In this document: one piece after another, positions 1-10,365 of the stretch | Numbering within the stretch: position 1 is the stretch's first letter | Layout of the letters: each line of letters opens with the position of its first letter | Origin: Pseudovirgaria hyperparasitica | Taxonomy: Eukaryota | DNA: 64,000 nucleotides | Strand: one strand, 5' to 3' | Assembly (NCBI GenBank): GCA_010093815.1 | Contig: ML996578.1 | Program-made: the position numbers and the translations under genes | Notes under the pieces: generated by a model | Databases searched by the model: none | Told to the model about the DNA's origin: nothing | The model's input: only the letters and a program-made list of their open reading frames with translations

Positions 1-1
1 T

Positions 2-1045
2 GCTCAAACCTCTTCTCTCATTCTGCTACTAGTCTCACCTCTGCTCCCTCCAACGCATCCTCTCTGCTCTTCCGACACAGAGCTTGTGAAGTCCACATAC
101 GCTGAAGTCCTAACTTCTCTAGGAATGGCCCCTACTCAGGTCCATGCCATAATCCATGGCCATCTTGCGGACCTCCTCAAGACAGGCATACACCCCTTCG
201 AAGCCGAATCTATCATATCAACCTACCACACACAACTACACAGTCTCGGCCTCTTCAACGCCGCAGCATCTCTCCGCCGCCTCGCCTACCCCGTCTACCC
301 CGGCGTGTACGAGTACGCCCTCAAAGACACCCAACTCAACCTCCTTTGCACAAATTGCAAATCCCCTCTGAACAATCCTCGCGACAAAACCCGCTGCGAA
401 ACTTGCCGCGCCCGCTCCAAGCCTTGCCCCATCTGCGGCTGCAAAGCAGCCTTGCTCGACCCAGCAAGCAAGCACGTCAAGTACAAACCACGCAAAAAGG
501 GCGTCAAATTCGGCGATCCCGGCCTCGCGAACAAGTCTGATCAACTATCTGACTCCATCCTCGGCACGCCTCAAGTATCCCGCGATAATCTCGCAGACAC
601 CGAGTCTTCTTCGAACGCGTCCTCATCCTCGCCGATAGTCCCAGTCGTATTCCAGCAACCGGCGGTTCTTTGGACGGCATGTCCGCTCTGCTCCCACGGC
701 GGCCACAGCGCGTGTATGGCTGCGTGGTGGGCAGACGCCGAGTCGGAAGGCGCGTGTCCGACGCAGGGCTGTATCTGTGACTGTGTCAAGGGCACGCGCC
801 GCACCGAGAGGCTGCGGAAGCTGGAGGAGGAGGTTGCGGAGAAGGAGAAGGGGAAGGTTAAGGGTGATGAGTGGCTTGCGAGGGAGAGCAAGGCTGTTGT
901 GGGTGTGAGAGGGGCGTTGGGCGGTGGCGGTGGGAGCGGGAGCGCGGAGTCTGGGCTGGGTGGTGTGTCGGGGAAGGTGGTGGTGAAGGATGAGGGCAAG
1001 AGGGTTAATAGAGCTGGGGGCGGTGCCGGGGTGGCGAAGAAGTGA
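2..1045 (+). CDS. RTC1: 3' part of a SEA/GATOR2 complex WD-repeat protein (Sea2/Rtc1/WDR24-like), C-terminal zinc-ribbon/RING-like region; 5'-truncated by the window
   Basis: The frame is open from position 2 (AQTSSLILLLVSPLLP...). Cys pattern CTNC..CETC..CPIC then CPLCSHGGHSACMAAWW..CPTQGCICDC is typical of Sea2/Sea3-family C-termini. Stop TGA at 1043-1045. Assignment to RTC1 rather than SEA3 is from recalled similarity. Confidence 0.7.
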   Translation, partial: AQTSSLILLLVSPLLPPTHPLCSSDTELVKSTYAEVLTSLGMAPTQVHAIIHGHLADLLKTGIHPFEAESIISTYHTQLHSLGLFNAAASLRRLAYPVYPGVYEYALKDTQLNLLCTNCKSPLNNPRDKTRCETCRARSKPCPICGCKAALLDPASKHVKYKPRKKGVKFGDPGLANKSDQLSDSILGTPQVSRDNLADTESSSNASSSSPIVPVVFQQPAVLWTACPLCSHGGHSACMAAWWADAESEGACPTQGCICDCVKGTRRTERLRKLEEEVAEKEKGKVKGDEWLARESKAVVGVRGALGGGGGSGSAESGLGGVSGKVVVKDEGKRVNRAGGGAGVAKK

Positions 1046-1341
1046 CGCTTTTGGGCGGATCTGAGCTTGTTGTTTGCTACAGGTACTTTGATATTGCATG
1101 TTCGGGGAGTTGGGATTTGGACCTTGGGTACTAATACGCTCCATCTTTTTCCGATCAATTGGGAAGATGAAAAGAAGATCTCACGAAATGGTGAGAGAAT
1201 TGCTTGTATCAAGAAGAACGCGGGACGGCAATACTAGGCGAGCCGTGCCGTGTGCAAATAAGCCTAGAGTCTGTAAAATAGATATATATATGATGATACC
1301 CACCTAACTGATTATACATTACGCATGAGCTCACTTGTCAA

Positions 1342-1389
1342 TCAATCACTCAATCACTCAATCACTCAATCACTCAATCACTCGATCAA
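1342..1389. repeat. 8-bp tandem repeat (TCAATCAC)x5 plus one degenerate copy
   Basis: Five perfect units at 1342-1381, followed by TCGATCAA. Confidence 0.95.
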
Positions 1390-2183
1390 CCAGAACCAAT
1401 AACAACGATAATAAGAAGAAAGTCACACATTCATGTACCGCCTGTATCTGTGCTCCAACGCAAAAAGACTCGTGCGTCAGCTCTTTTCAAGGCGGCTTCT
1501 GTTTATACATTTTCCATCTTGCGGCGTGAAGTTTCTTTTCACCTATAGTGCCCCCCCTTTCCCCTTCCCTACCCGAGGGTAGGTAGGTGGTAGGGGCGGC
1601 GCTGCGACCCTCGTCCATGGAGCAGGGACGAGGGCGGCTGGAGTGGAGACCGCGTATGTCACGAAAATATGAGGAGGGGTGTGTAGGATCTTTGTGGATA
1701 TGGATGGGGGATGATTGTGTCAAGGGATGATGGGGTAATTGGGTTGGTTGAGAAGATCGCACGGGGAAGGTTTCATGGATATGGAGTCTGACAAAGTGAT
1801 CGATAGCAGGTCAAGCTTGCATCTTCAGGGATCCACGGCAGTTTTCCAGCTGGGCATATCCCGTAGGAGGAGGTGCAGTCACAGATCGATTTCCTCGAGA
1901 GAAGTCGTAGGGTCGTTTGCATTTGACGTGGTGTATAATTCGTTTACATCCTCAGCCCTGCGCGCCATAACATGACTATGCCGACAGGACCACCGCCATC
2001 GCAGCTGTTGTCCTCACATTCGAAACTCAGCCCATCATGTGAGCGAACGCCTCGATCCTAACACACCAGAAGTCAGCCTTCCTCTCTCTCTCTCTCTGCC
2101 TTGTACCATACTCTCCAACCCAAAGAAAATCCTCAGCTCACCTCTTCATTCCCCAATCCCAGCACATCCTCCAACGTCTTTTC

Positions 2184-2562
2184 TTATCTGGAGGCACTCC
2201 ACACGTTCTTCAAGAAGCCATCCTTCTGCGCCAGTCTGTTGAGCGAGTCGTCGCTCTCGCCCATGGCACGCACGAAGCCGCAGAGCGCGTAGGTCTGGTT
2301 CTCGCCCGTGTAGCGGCCGTTCTCGTCGACTTTGCCGACCGAGATTTGCACCGAGGCGTGGTCCTTGGCCTTGATGATGCGGTTTGTTGCGCTGCACTTG
2401 CGGGGGACGTAGCTGTCAAGGGCGAGCGTGGTGTGTTAGCTTCTTTTGTCTCTTTCGGGAATTGTGACGCATTTTTTGTTGGGCGGGGGAACAGGGTGAG
2501 ATCAGAAGTGTGACGGTGGAGGGGACATACAGGTCGACGAGCTCGCCACGTTCGTTCTCCAT
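2184..2562 (-). CDS. RPS21: 40S ribosomal protein S21 (eS21), 2 coding exons, 86 aa
   Basis: Exon 1 2562-2531, intron 2530-2413 (GTATGT..GCTAAC..CAG), exon 2 2412-2184. Translation: [86 protein letters not shown]. Confidence 0.98.
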
Positions 2563-2684
2563 GTTGATTGAGTGTGTGGGAGTTTAGGTAAGGTGGGCGG
2601 TTGTGTGGATTCGTGGTCGTGGGCGAGGTTTGTCGTTGTCTCGATGTCGGTTAATGGATTTTGGTGTGTGCGAAGCGGACGTGA

Positions 2685-2694
2685 TTTTGGCGGG
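2685..2694 (-). promoter_or_regulatory. CCCGCCAAAA element upstream of RPS21, resembling the CCCRCCRRR element of Neurospora ribosomal-protein promoters
   Basis: The minus strand reads CCCGCCAAAA about 125 bp upstream of the RPS21 ATG. The motif identity is recalled and a short match can be chance. Confidence 0.35.
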
Positions 2695-2895
2695 AGCTAG
2701 TACTAACTAGACTAGTGCCATCAATGCTGATTCAGCTGATGCCAAGTTTTACAGCTTGAATGCTCCCTGGGCCTGTTTAGTCATATCTCACTATCAGGAA
2801 TAGGCTTGAAGCTGTCGAATAATCATTACTGATTTTAGTCTATAGGATGTATGCGCATCAATATTGCAAGCTTCATCTAGTCGGGTATAACGCAA

Positions 2896-4226
2896 TCACA
2901 GCTTCTCTTTCTCGCCGTGAGCTCTCTCTTCTCTGTATACATCCTTCTTCCAAGCGACTTCTACATCGCGTGGACCTTCTTTCTTAAAGTTGACAAACAC
3001 AACGCGCTCATCGTCTCCGGTTCTGTTAAACTGCTCAGCCTCTATACCAGGTTTGTTGAGTCCCAGCACCGTTCGACCATCGCTCTTACGTTTAAGCAAG
3101 AACAACGGCGACATGCACTTGTCGCCCCATGACGGCACAGTATTTGGATCGTTGATGAACTCTATCAAGGCCTTCCGCTCTTTCTGGAATACCTCTGTAG
3201 ATTTTTGCGCACCTTCTGGTGATAGGTACTGCCCGGCGAGTGACAGAAGGAAAAATTGAGGAGGAAACAGTATGATACGATTTTGGCGAGCCAGGGACAA
3301 CCATTTCCAGGGCGGTAAGAATCGCGCTGCTGTATGTTCTACGCCTCCATCAGGAGTTGGCACGGGTATTACTACCTCTTTCTCGCCTTCCAAAGAGGCT
3401 GTGGCTGAGGCTCCAGCATCCCTTGAGGTATTGGACAGAGGTAGGAAGTAGATATACATCTGTGTAGTGAATCGCTTCGGAACGTTGGTGGGAGTGACCC
3501 AGCGAGTGAATGGAATGAGAGCATCTAGGGCTGTCAATTCTGAGTCTCGAATGACATTCATTGCTAGCCGTACCTGTGTCGGGAATAGCGTCTTTCGATG
3601 CCAGCCAGTCTTGAAACATAATCTCTCCCGAATGTATGGCCTTTCGACCGTGTTCACGCTCCTCGTCCGATATCTCTACCAACTTCCCCGTCTTCGGGGA
3701 TGTTGCCAGCAGTATTCCACTTTCCTCAAAGGTCTCACGTATCGCAGCCATCCTGTACGCAGGCCCATCTTCATGCCTCTTCGGATCTTGAGGATCAGGA
3801 ATAGGGCCGTCGTGCTTCATGTCGACATTACCGCCTGGAAACACATGGGCGCTTGGGAACGAAGATGAAGTTTTCACTCGATGAAGAAGCAATGCTTGAT
3901 TTTCAGGGGATATCAGAATGACACTGCATATCGTCAGATGCATCTCTCTTTACATGGCCTGGAGGTCCTTACCTTGAGCTTGGCTTAGGAACTGCGGGTG
4001 CCTTGCCCTTTTCTAAGCCTTTCCCCGGTGTCCTACTACTCATGCTTGGCGCAGTAGATGATAATGAAGCTTTGGGAATACGGCAAACTCTGAGCTTACG
4101 ACTTGTTGACCACAGTTTACGATAGAAAAAGGGAGACCGCAAGGACGTGCTCGCCGAGAATGCCGTGACAATCGGTTCACGTACGGTGTATTGTGATCCA
4201 GAGACAAGGATCTTCAAACTCTGCAT
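2896..4226 (-). CDS. Nudix hydrolase, NUDT19-like (acyl-CoA diphosphatase-like), 3 exons
   Basis: Introns 3972-3924 (GTAAGG..CAG) and 3573-3525 (GTACGG..TAG) join three ORF-track fragments in frame: PKPSSSVILIS..LLLHR..HVFPGGNVD..AAIRETFEESGILL (Nudix box)..IPFTRWVTP..KRFTTQMY..LFPPQFFLL. Start is ATG 4226 or ATG 4043. Confidence 0.9.
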
Positions 4227-4772
4227 GGTTCAAGAAGTTCACGGCTATATCGAATTGAGGGTCCATTATGTGGCTGCTCTGCGCGCGGCGGGGAAGGTGA
4301 CTGCCGAGGCGTGGAAGATGCATCAGATGGTGGAGGCCTCGCGTGGCTGCAGCTCTAACGGTTCTCTTAAAACTAGCTTACTTAATACGACGTCATTTTA
4401 TGGAGACAGGACCTCTTTAAGTAGTTCCTACGACACGCGGCGCGTAGCAGGATACGCGCATGTGTTTTGTGACCACTGGCTGGGTTCGTCGTTTGGTCGT
4501 TACAACCCGCTTCAGTTCGAACATGATGGAGCAACTATATTTAAAGTGGCAGTCAGAATCGTGATATGGCCACGACCCCACCCCACCATAACAGACGGGT
4601 TTGAGACAAAGGGTATTTTCTATTCGATCCAATGCACATCTACCGCCAGGTTTTGGTGTATTTATTCCCCTTTAACAATCGCACATACTGCGGCCTCAAA
4701 CGCCTTTCAATGCAGGAATGCGGCGTGCCGGGCGCAACCTGGGAAGTGACTTCCTTGGCGGATGGATCACGT

Positions 4773-6742
4773 TCACGACTCCGCGTCTACAAATTCATCG
4801 AGGTCGTCCGTTTCAGAATCTCTACGTTTGAGCGAGTCTTTGCTTGCAGTCGACGTGGGGCTTCCAGGATTTCTCAGGCGGTTTGTTGTGGGCTGTAGGG
4901 GCTCCTGTAACAAGTCAACATTACTTGAAGTAGGAGCATGCCCTTTAGGATGTATGCCACGTGTTGCTGGTTGTGTCGCTGAAGGTTCACTCTGACCGAA
5001 ATCTATTAAGTCGTCCGAGGCCACTTCAGACTTATTCGTCGTAGGCTGGTCGGATATACTAGCCTTGTGGAGCGGTATCGAGAACTTGCGATCAGGTGAC
5101 TGGCCTGGAATAATGGCGGCAATCTGGAGAATTTGTTTTGTTTGTTCTTCTGGCGTTTTACCGTCGCTGTGCAACGAGTTAGTCAGGGATTTGAGACCCC
5201 TTCACATGTTCATCTTACATCTTAGCATTTATTATCCAGTCAAGGTCCTTCTCATCCGGGTTGTAGCCTTCGGGGCTCTTCTCAATGTCACAAAACAGGG
5301 ATGGTTTCCAGTCAACACCCTTGGAGTTTCGCTCGGCAGCCTCTTTCCTTTGCATGTCCTCGATTCTGCTTTTCTCGTCTGTCGCAATGTCCTGGTCTTT
5401 CTCTTTTATGGCCTTCGTAACCTTAGCCCATAACTTCTGGGACTCACGATCTCCTTGCTCATCGATGGGGCGAACGAGCGGCGGTGTTTCTTTTGCATGA
5501 GTCGCATCGAACAAGGGCTCCTTCTTTCCGGTCTAGAATGCGTTACTTAGCTCGCTCTGTGATTCCCGCGATTCATATTTCGACTTACAGCGAGGTCTTT
5601 TATGAACATCTCCCCCGTCCACATCCCTGACAGCTCATAAAGGTTGTGCCCACTCTTCGTATCTTTGATATAACCACCAATAGCATTATAGCCACCACCT
5701 ACCCAGCCCTTGACTTTGAACTCTATATCTGCTTCCAGGCCAGATTCGGGACACCTGACATAGCTATGATCTCCAAGCTCATACTTCATCTTCCCGAAAA
5801 GAATGCCGCGTGCGTACATGTTCGGTTGGGTTACAAAGCTAATGCATGTCAGTATCTAGACGCTGTATGAGCTGTGTGAGCTGTATGGAATGTAGCGGCA
5901 TACAATCGCTCCTTTGTCTTGAGGAACCTCATAACCGCTATGCCCTCCATCATGCTGGCTGCAGAATTGCCGAGAAATTTGCTCCGGGGCTTGAGGCATC
6001 CGTCGATCCGAATGTGATGCTCTGGGGCCATGAAGAAGTAGCTAGACTTGGGCGGATGGTGGGATGTTTGCTCCGAAATGTAGTATCCTCGTGTGCTGTC
6101 TGGATAGTCCCAGTAACCAGTGAACGTCTCGCCAAGTATGGGATTCAGGGGCTTTTTCACGCCACTTTCAAAGTCAGCCATACGATTTCCATCGGTTGAA
6201 GTTGTTTGAACCTACGGAGGCTTGATGTGCCACCCACTCAAGTAGAATTTGACCACGGAGACAAACCGTAGGACAGGGTCATCGATGTCGGTCATGGGTA
6301 AGAGAGTTTCGGGGTGTGCCATGAAACTACACATGCTCTATCAGCTTCTCAAGTCCCGCAAAGCGTAGTCTTACTACACGTACTTCGTAATCCTCTCCAG
6401 CATTGATCGCGGCTCGAGAATGAAAGTAGGCAGTGTGATGCGACTGAGATCGGCGCCAGGTCGTAGTTGAGAGATAATATGCATGAGCACTGTTGCGATA
6501 CGTCAGAGGGTGCTTCACTTTGATCTTGCCACTATAATTACATACTACTACTTTGCTCGGAGTCCACGATAGTCTCATCGTCTGGTGTAGTGGTTGTTTC
6601 GCCTCGTGTCGAGTCTGTAGATGATCTATTGCCTACCGGATGGAAAGCTGTCAGTAGATCTATAGTTGAAGGTTCTCATCTTAAGATCGACGCGAGACTC
6701 ACTGGTGACTGAATGCCGCCTGTGGCCGCTGAGGTGCACCAT
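4773..6742 (-). CDS. Oxysterol-binding protein family (short ORP, Osh6/Osh7-like), 8 exons
   Basis: Spliced translation contains [43 protein letters not shown], the OSBP signature EQTSHHPP, and KFLGNS. Exons approximately 6742-6703, 6632-6546, 6490-6385, 6326-6215, 6164-5904, 5838-5590, 5533-5219, 5167-4773, with GT..AG introns. Confidence 0.93.
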
Positions 6743-7792
6743 GATGGGCGGCAGGCAGACCGCAACTGTAGCGGAAATAGGTCGTACTTTGAAGTCTGAA
6801 GCAGTAGAGGTCCGTCCGTAGGGAACAAGAGAGTCACGAAAAGAAGGGCAGGCTTGAAGGGTATGAATGGGAGAGGGGGCCAAGACGCTGGGATAAGTTC
6901 CTTTCAGGCTGCTGTGAAGGAATGTATAACAGAATGCCTGACGAACCTCATATGACTGAGGGCGCTTGACGCAGTGGAGTTTGTTTCTGCCCGCGCTAAA
7001 ACCTGAACGAGCGGGGCACGAGGGAAGTGGGCAGTGGACAGTGGACATCTTTCGGGTCTTAGAATTAGAGCCAGTAGGAAGTTGTAAGCCACTTGCGCCT
7101 ACGTATCATAAAACGTTCTTGATTGTCCGGATGTCATCACTTTCAATCACGCAGCAGGAAAGCCAACATGGCTGGGCCTGTCACAAGAATATGTATGCAG
7201 TCTGGCGACCGATTTCGCTGGTCATCAGAGTAAGAGCGCGGGGCGAAAAGGAATTGGTGACCCTGCCCATGTAACTGGGCTCTTTGAGGGAGATTAACCA
7301 ACATATCGCACACTGATGGAATGCCGGAGAATAGCAATGGGAGAGAGGCCACTGTAACAAACTCTTATAGAGTTTATTTAAAAATAAAAATATATATTAT
7401 TCACCATACTCACAATCCTACAAGGCCGGCAAGAGCAAGCATTCCCCTGCGGCAGGGATAATGTATCAGTGGTGACATAGAGTGGACTTGGCTTTACAAA
7501 CTATAGGAAATGCGTCCACAACATGATCTACGCGCAAAAATAATGCAGAATACACTTTGTATTGCAAACGCATACGATCTGGTCTTATATGGAGAGTTTA
7601 CTCGAGTCCGGTGGCCGGGGGAGAGCCAAGCATAAGCCGCGTTGGCACCCTCGGACTGCCAAAGCATGTTCGTAAGCATGACTGCTGCAGTACCTTATCT
7701 TACCTAGCATTAAAACACTCATTCGAAACCCACGCTCTACTGCTGGAACATAATTCTCGATCCACCTGTCCCCCCGAACACAGTTCAATATC

Positions 7793-8977
7793 ATGGATGC
7801 GTCTCGCTTGCTTGCACTGCCGCGTGAGCTACGTGACCAGGTCTACGAACATCTCCTACATCCCTCCGCAAACCGGACAAGATCCGAGGAAGATGGTCGC
7901 ATCACATACCACTGGGACCTTAATATCTATCGAGTCAACCACCAAATTCATGAGGAATCAAAGAGCGTATTTCGAAGGTTGAATTGCTTCATCAAAATTT
8001 ACACCATATTCCCCGAGTCGGATCGCTATTTGTCCCAGGAGAACTATGTTACGTTCATCAGCTCAGGAAGACCTGCGGAGCTTTTTGCCGACCACCACTT
8101 ATCTATCTACATCGAATCATCTTATACCTTTCAACATGGCCTCTTTAAATACCTTCTCCATATTGATGACCTAGAGTGGTTCTCCCAAATATGGTTCTAC
8201 TCAGCACTCGGAAGTCCTGGCATAAATCAACATCTTGAGGTCACAGTAACGTTACATAATCCATATAGCACGAGTCTTTACGACAACCCGGTTCCAAAGA
8301 ACCTGCAGAAGAGACTACTCGAGCCATTCGGCAAAGTAAAACAGCTGCAAAGCATCAGCTTCAAGGGCAACCCGTATCCATCGATTGAGAAGGCTGTCCG
8401 CGAAGAGATGGAAATTCCATACATGACAGCGGAGAAATGCCTCGAGGCCGCGGTCCAATTTAAGGAGGAAGGCAACATAGCTTTGAAAGCTAATCGCCCC
8501 GAGGACGCGATCGAAAGCTATATCAAATCCTTTGAAGCAATCCACATCGTCATCGTCAACAAACGAAGGAAAGATTATGCCGACAGGTTCTTTGGAGCTG
8601 CCCCAGAGCTGACGAGCGGTCCATACAAAGGAAGATTAGCCTATACAGCATGGCTCACGATACGAATCCAACTGGTAGCTAACGTTGTCTTTGCGTACTT
8701 GAAGCTCGAGAACTGGGAAATGGCTTATCACTGGGGAAACCGCTCGATACAACTGATGCGTGACACTGTCGGCACTGTAGAGAGCGAACCGTATACTGGA
8801 CTTCCCGGAGTACCTGTCTCAGACCAATTAGGAAGGATATACTACCGTACGAGCGTCGCGGCGAAGCAGATGGGAGACAAGACTGAAGCTCGAGCGCTCC
8901 TCCGAGTGGCGATGAAGTACCTACCGAACGACAGGACAGTTGCAACAGAGCATGCTTCGGTGGCTCTTAGGATCTAG
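7793..8977 (+). CDS. Hypothetical protein with N-terminal F-box-like motif and C-terminal TPR-like repeats
   Basis: Intronless 394-aa ORF. N-terminus LLALPRELRDQVYEHLL. C-terminal helical motifs FKEEGNIALKANRPEDAIESY, ANVVFAYLKLENWEMA and RIYYRTSVAAKQMG..ALLRVAMKYLPND resemble TPRs. Confidence 0.8.
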   Translation: MDASRLLALPRELRDQVYEHLLHPSANRTRSEEDGRITYHWDLNIYRVNHQIHEESKSVFRRLNCFIKIYTIFPESDRYLSQENYVTFISSGRPAELFADHHLSIYIESSYTFQHGLFKYLLHIDDLEWFSQIWFYSALGSPGINQHLEVTVTLHNPYSTSLYDNPVPKNLQKRLLEPFGKVKQLQSISFKGNPYPSIEKAVREEMEIPYMTAEKCLEAAVQFKEEGNIALKANRPEDAIESYIKSFEAIHIVIVNKRRKDYADRFFGAAPELTSGPYKGRLAYTAWLTIRIQLVANVVFAYLKLENWEMAYHWGNRSIQLMRDTVGTVESEPYTGLPGVPVSDQLGRIYYRTSVAAKQMGDKTEARALLRVAMKYLPNDRTVATEHASVALRI

Positions 8978-9327
8978 CTCAATGAATTGAACGTTCTACG
9001 TAGATTTCGTTTTGATTTCGCATAGCAGAACGTCCATCTCAGGACATACGTAAGCTTCCCGTTCATTTCACGTTCGTCAATTCAAGTTTTCGGTTTTAAT
9101 CAACGTCATTGAAGTCGCTATATACCGTAACGTAGGCTACATTCCCAAAGTATACATCTGAGAAGTAGTTACAATTCATCCATCCATATCTCATCTCATC
9201 GAGTCCAAGTATTACCAATTTTGAACACTGTCAGACTATCACAACATGGGTATCCAGTAAGTACCAACAATCGTACACGCACATAAAAAAGCAAGAAATG
9301 TCCACAAAACCAACGTCATGGTCATGT

Positions 9328-10365
9328 TCATCTTCCAGGCCCCAGCTCAGACGTGACCGGCGGCGGATAATACGTTTGGCCGGCATTTTGTTGTGGCGTC
9401 GGAGCCTCTACCGGAGCTGGATAATAACCTTGATTCATCTGGGGACTCTGCTGAGGCTGATACGCTTGCTGTCCGATAGGTGGGCTCTGTGGTGGTTGAT
9501 ATGGCTGCTGTCCGACAGGTGGACTCTGTGGAGGCTGATACGGCTGCTGATTCAATGGACTAGGCGGTTGATACGGCTGTTGCGCCATCGGACTCTGTCC
9601 ATAGCCTTGCTGGTGCACTGGCGGCGGGCTCTGTGGCGGCTGATACACAGTGCCTGCAGCAGGTGTACCATACACGGGTGGAGCCATAGGAGAAGAGACA
9701 TCATTAGTTGTATACGTCGGGCCCTTTTCAGCGGTTGCGGCGTACGCAGGGGCGGCGGCCGCGCCGTCGAAGTTGGGCGTGGGTGCCCCAGCATTCTTTG
9801 CTGCGCGGCGCTTCTTGAGCAATGCGAAGACGCCGCCAATGATTGATGCGAGAAGAGCAATCACGCCGATGACAACGCCCGCAATAGCTTTGGCCGGGAA
9901 TTTGCTGCCTTTCTTGCTACTGCTGCCGCCGCCGGAGTGGTAGGTGTAGTCCGAGTAGCTAGAGTAGTCGGAGTAGTAGGAGTTATAGTAGCTCGAGTAG
10001 TCGTAGGCGTATGTTGATGTGCACGAGGTATAGGAGCTGTAGAGGCCGTCGTACAATGCGCAGGAGTTGTAGTAGTATTCGTCGCAGCAGTACGCGCCGC
10101 AGAGAAATTGCGTGGAGTAGCACTATAATTTATAAGTAACGAGCTTCACAAATTCGATATCAGGACATACGTATTGTCGTTTTCCTAGCTCTCCGGCGGC
10201 GTTGTAAGACAACTCTTCCCTTGCTAAGGGAGCTGGTTCTCGTTTGGCCTCTACGGGTACTGGAACTGGCTCGACCTCGCGCCCCTTGATATTGATATGG
10301 CGTTTAGCGTTCGCTGTAGCCCCCAGAACGAGTAACGAAAATACAAGGGCACGTGGAAGCGCCAT
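9328..10365 (-). CDS. Type I membrane protein: signal peptide, Cys/Tyr-rich ectodomain, one TM, Pro/Gln/Tyr-rich tail (RCR-like architecture)
   Basis: ATG 10365 starts a signal peptide (MALPRALVFSLLVLGATANA). Intron 10170-10123 (GTATGT..TAG) joins ..GKRQY to CYSTQFLCGAYCC.., continuing in frame into the 9328..10056 ORF. TM AIAGVVIGVIALLASIIGGVFALL is followed by KKRR. Confidence 0.85.
9430..9650 (-). repeat. Coding tandem repeat encoding about five (QQ)xYQPPQSP(P)-like units
   Basis: Translation YQPPQSPPP..QQPYQPPSPLN-QQPYQPPQSPPVG-QQPYQPPQSPPIG-QQAYQPQQSP, with the core units at a ~39-bp period. Confidence 0.85.

Noticed and set aside
571..1212. Antisense ORFs over the RTC1-like gene (and many similar shadow ORFs over other genes)
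   Set aside because: They are explained by GC3-rich codon usage on the coding strand.
1950..2040. ATGATGG...CTGA on the minus strand downstream of RPS21 as a C/D snoRNA
   Set aside because: Imperfect C box, poor terminal stem and no recognisable guide.
4147..4749. 200-aa + strand ORF
   Set aside because: GTG start, it lies antisense across a promoter and 3' UTR, and has no motifs.
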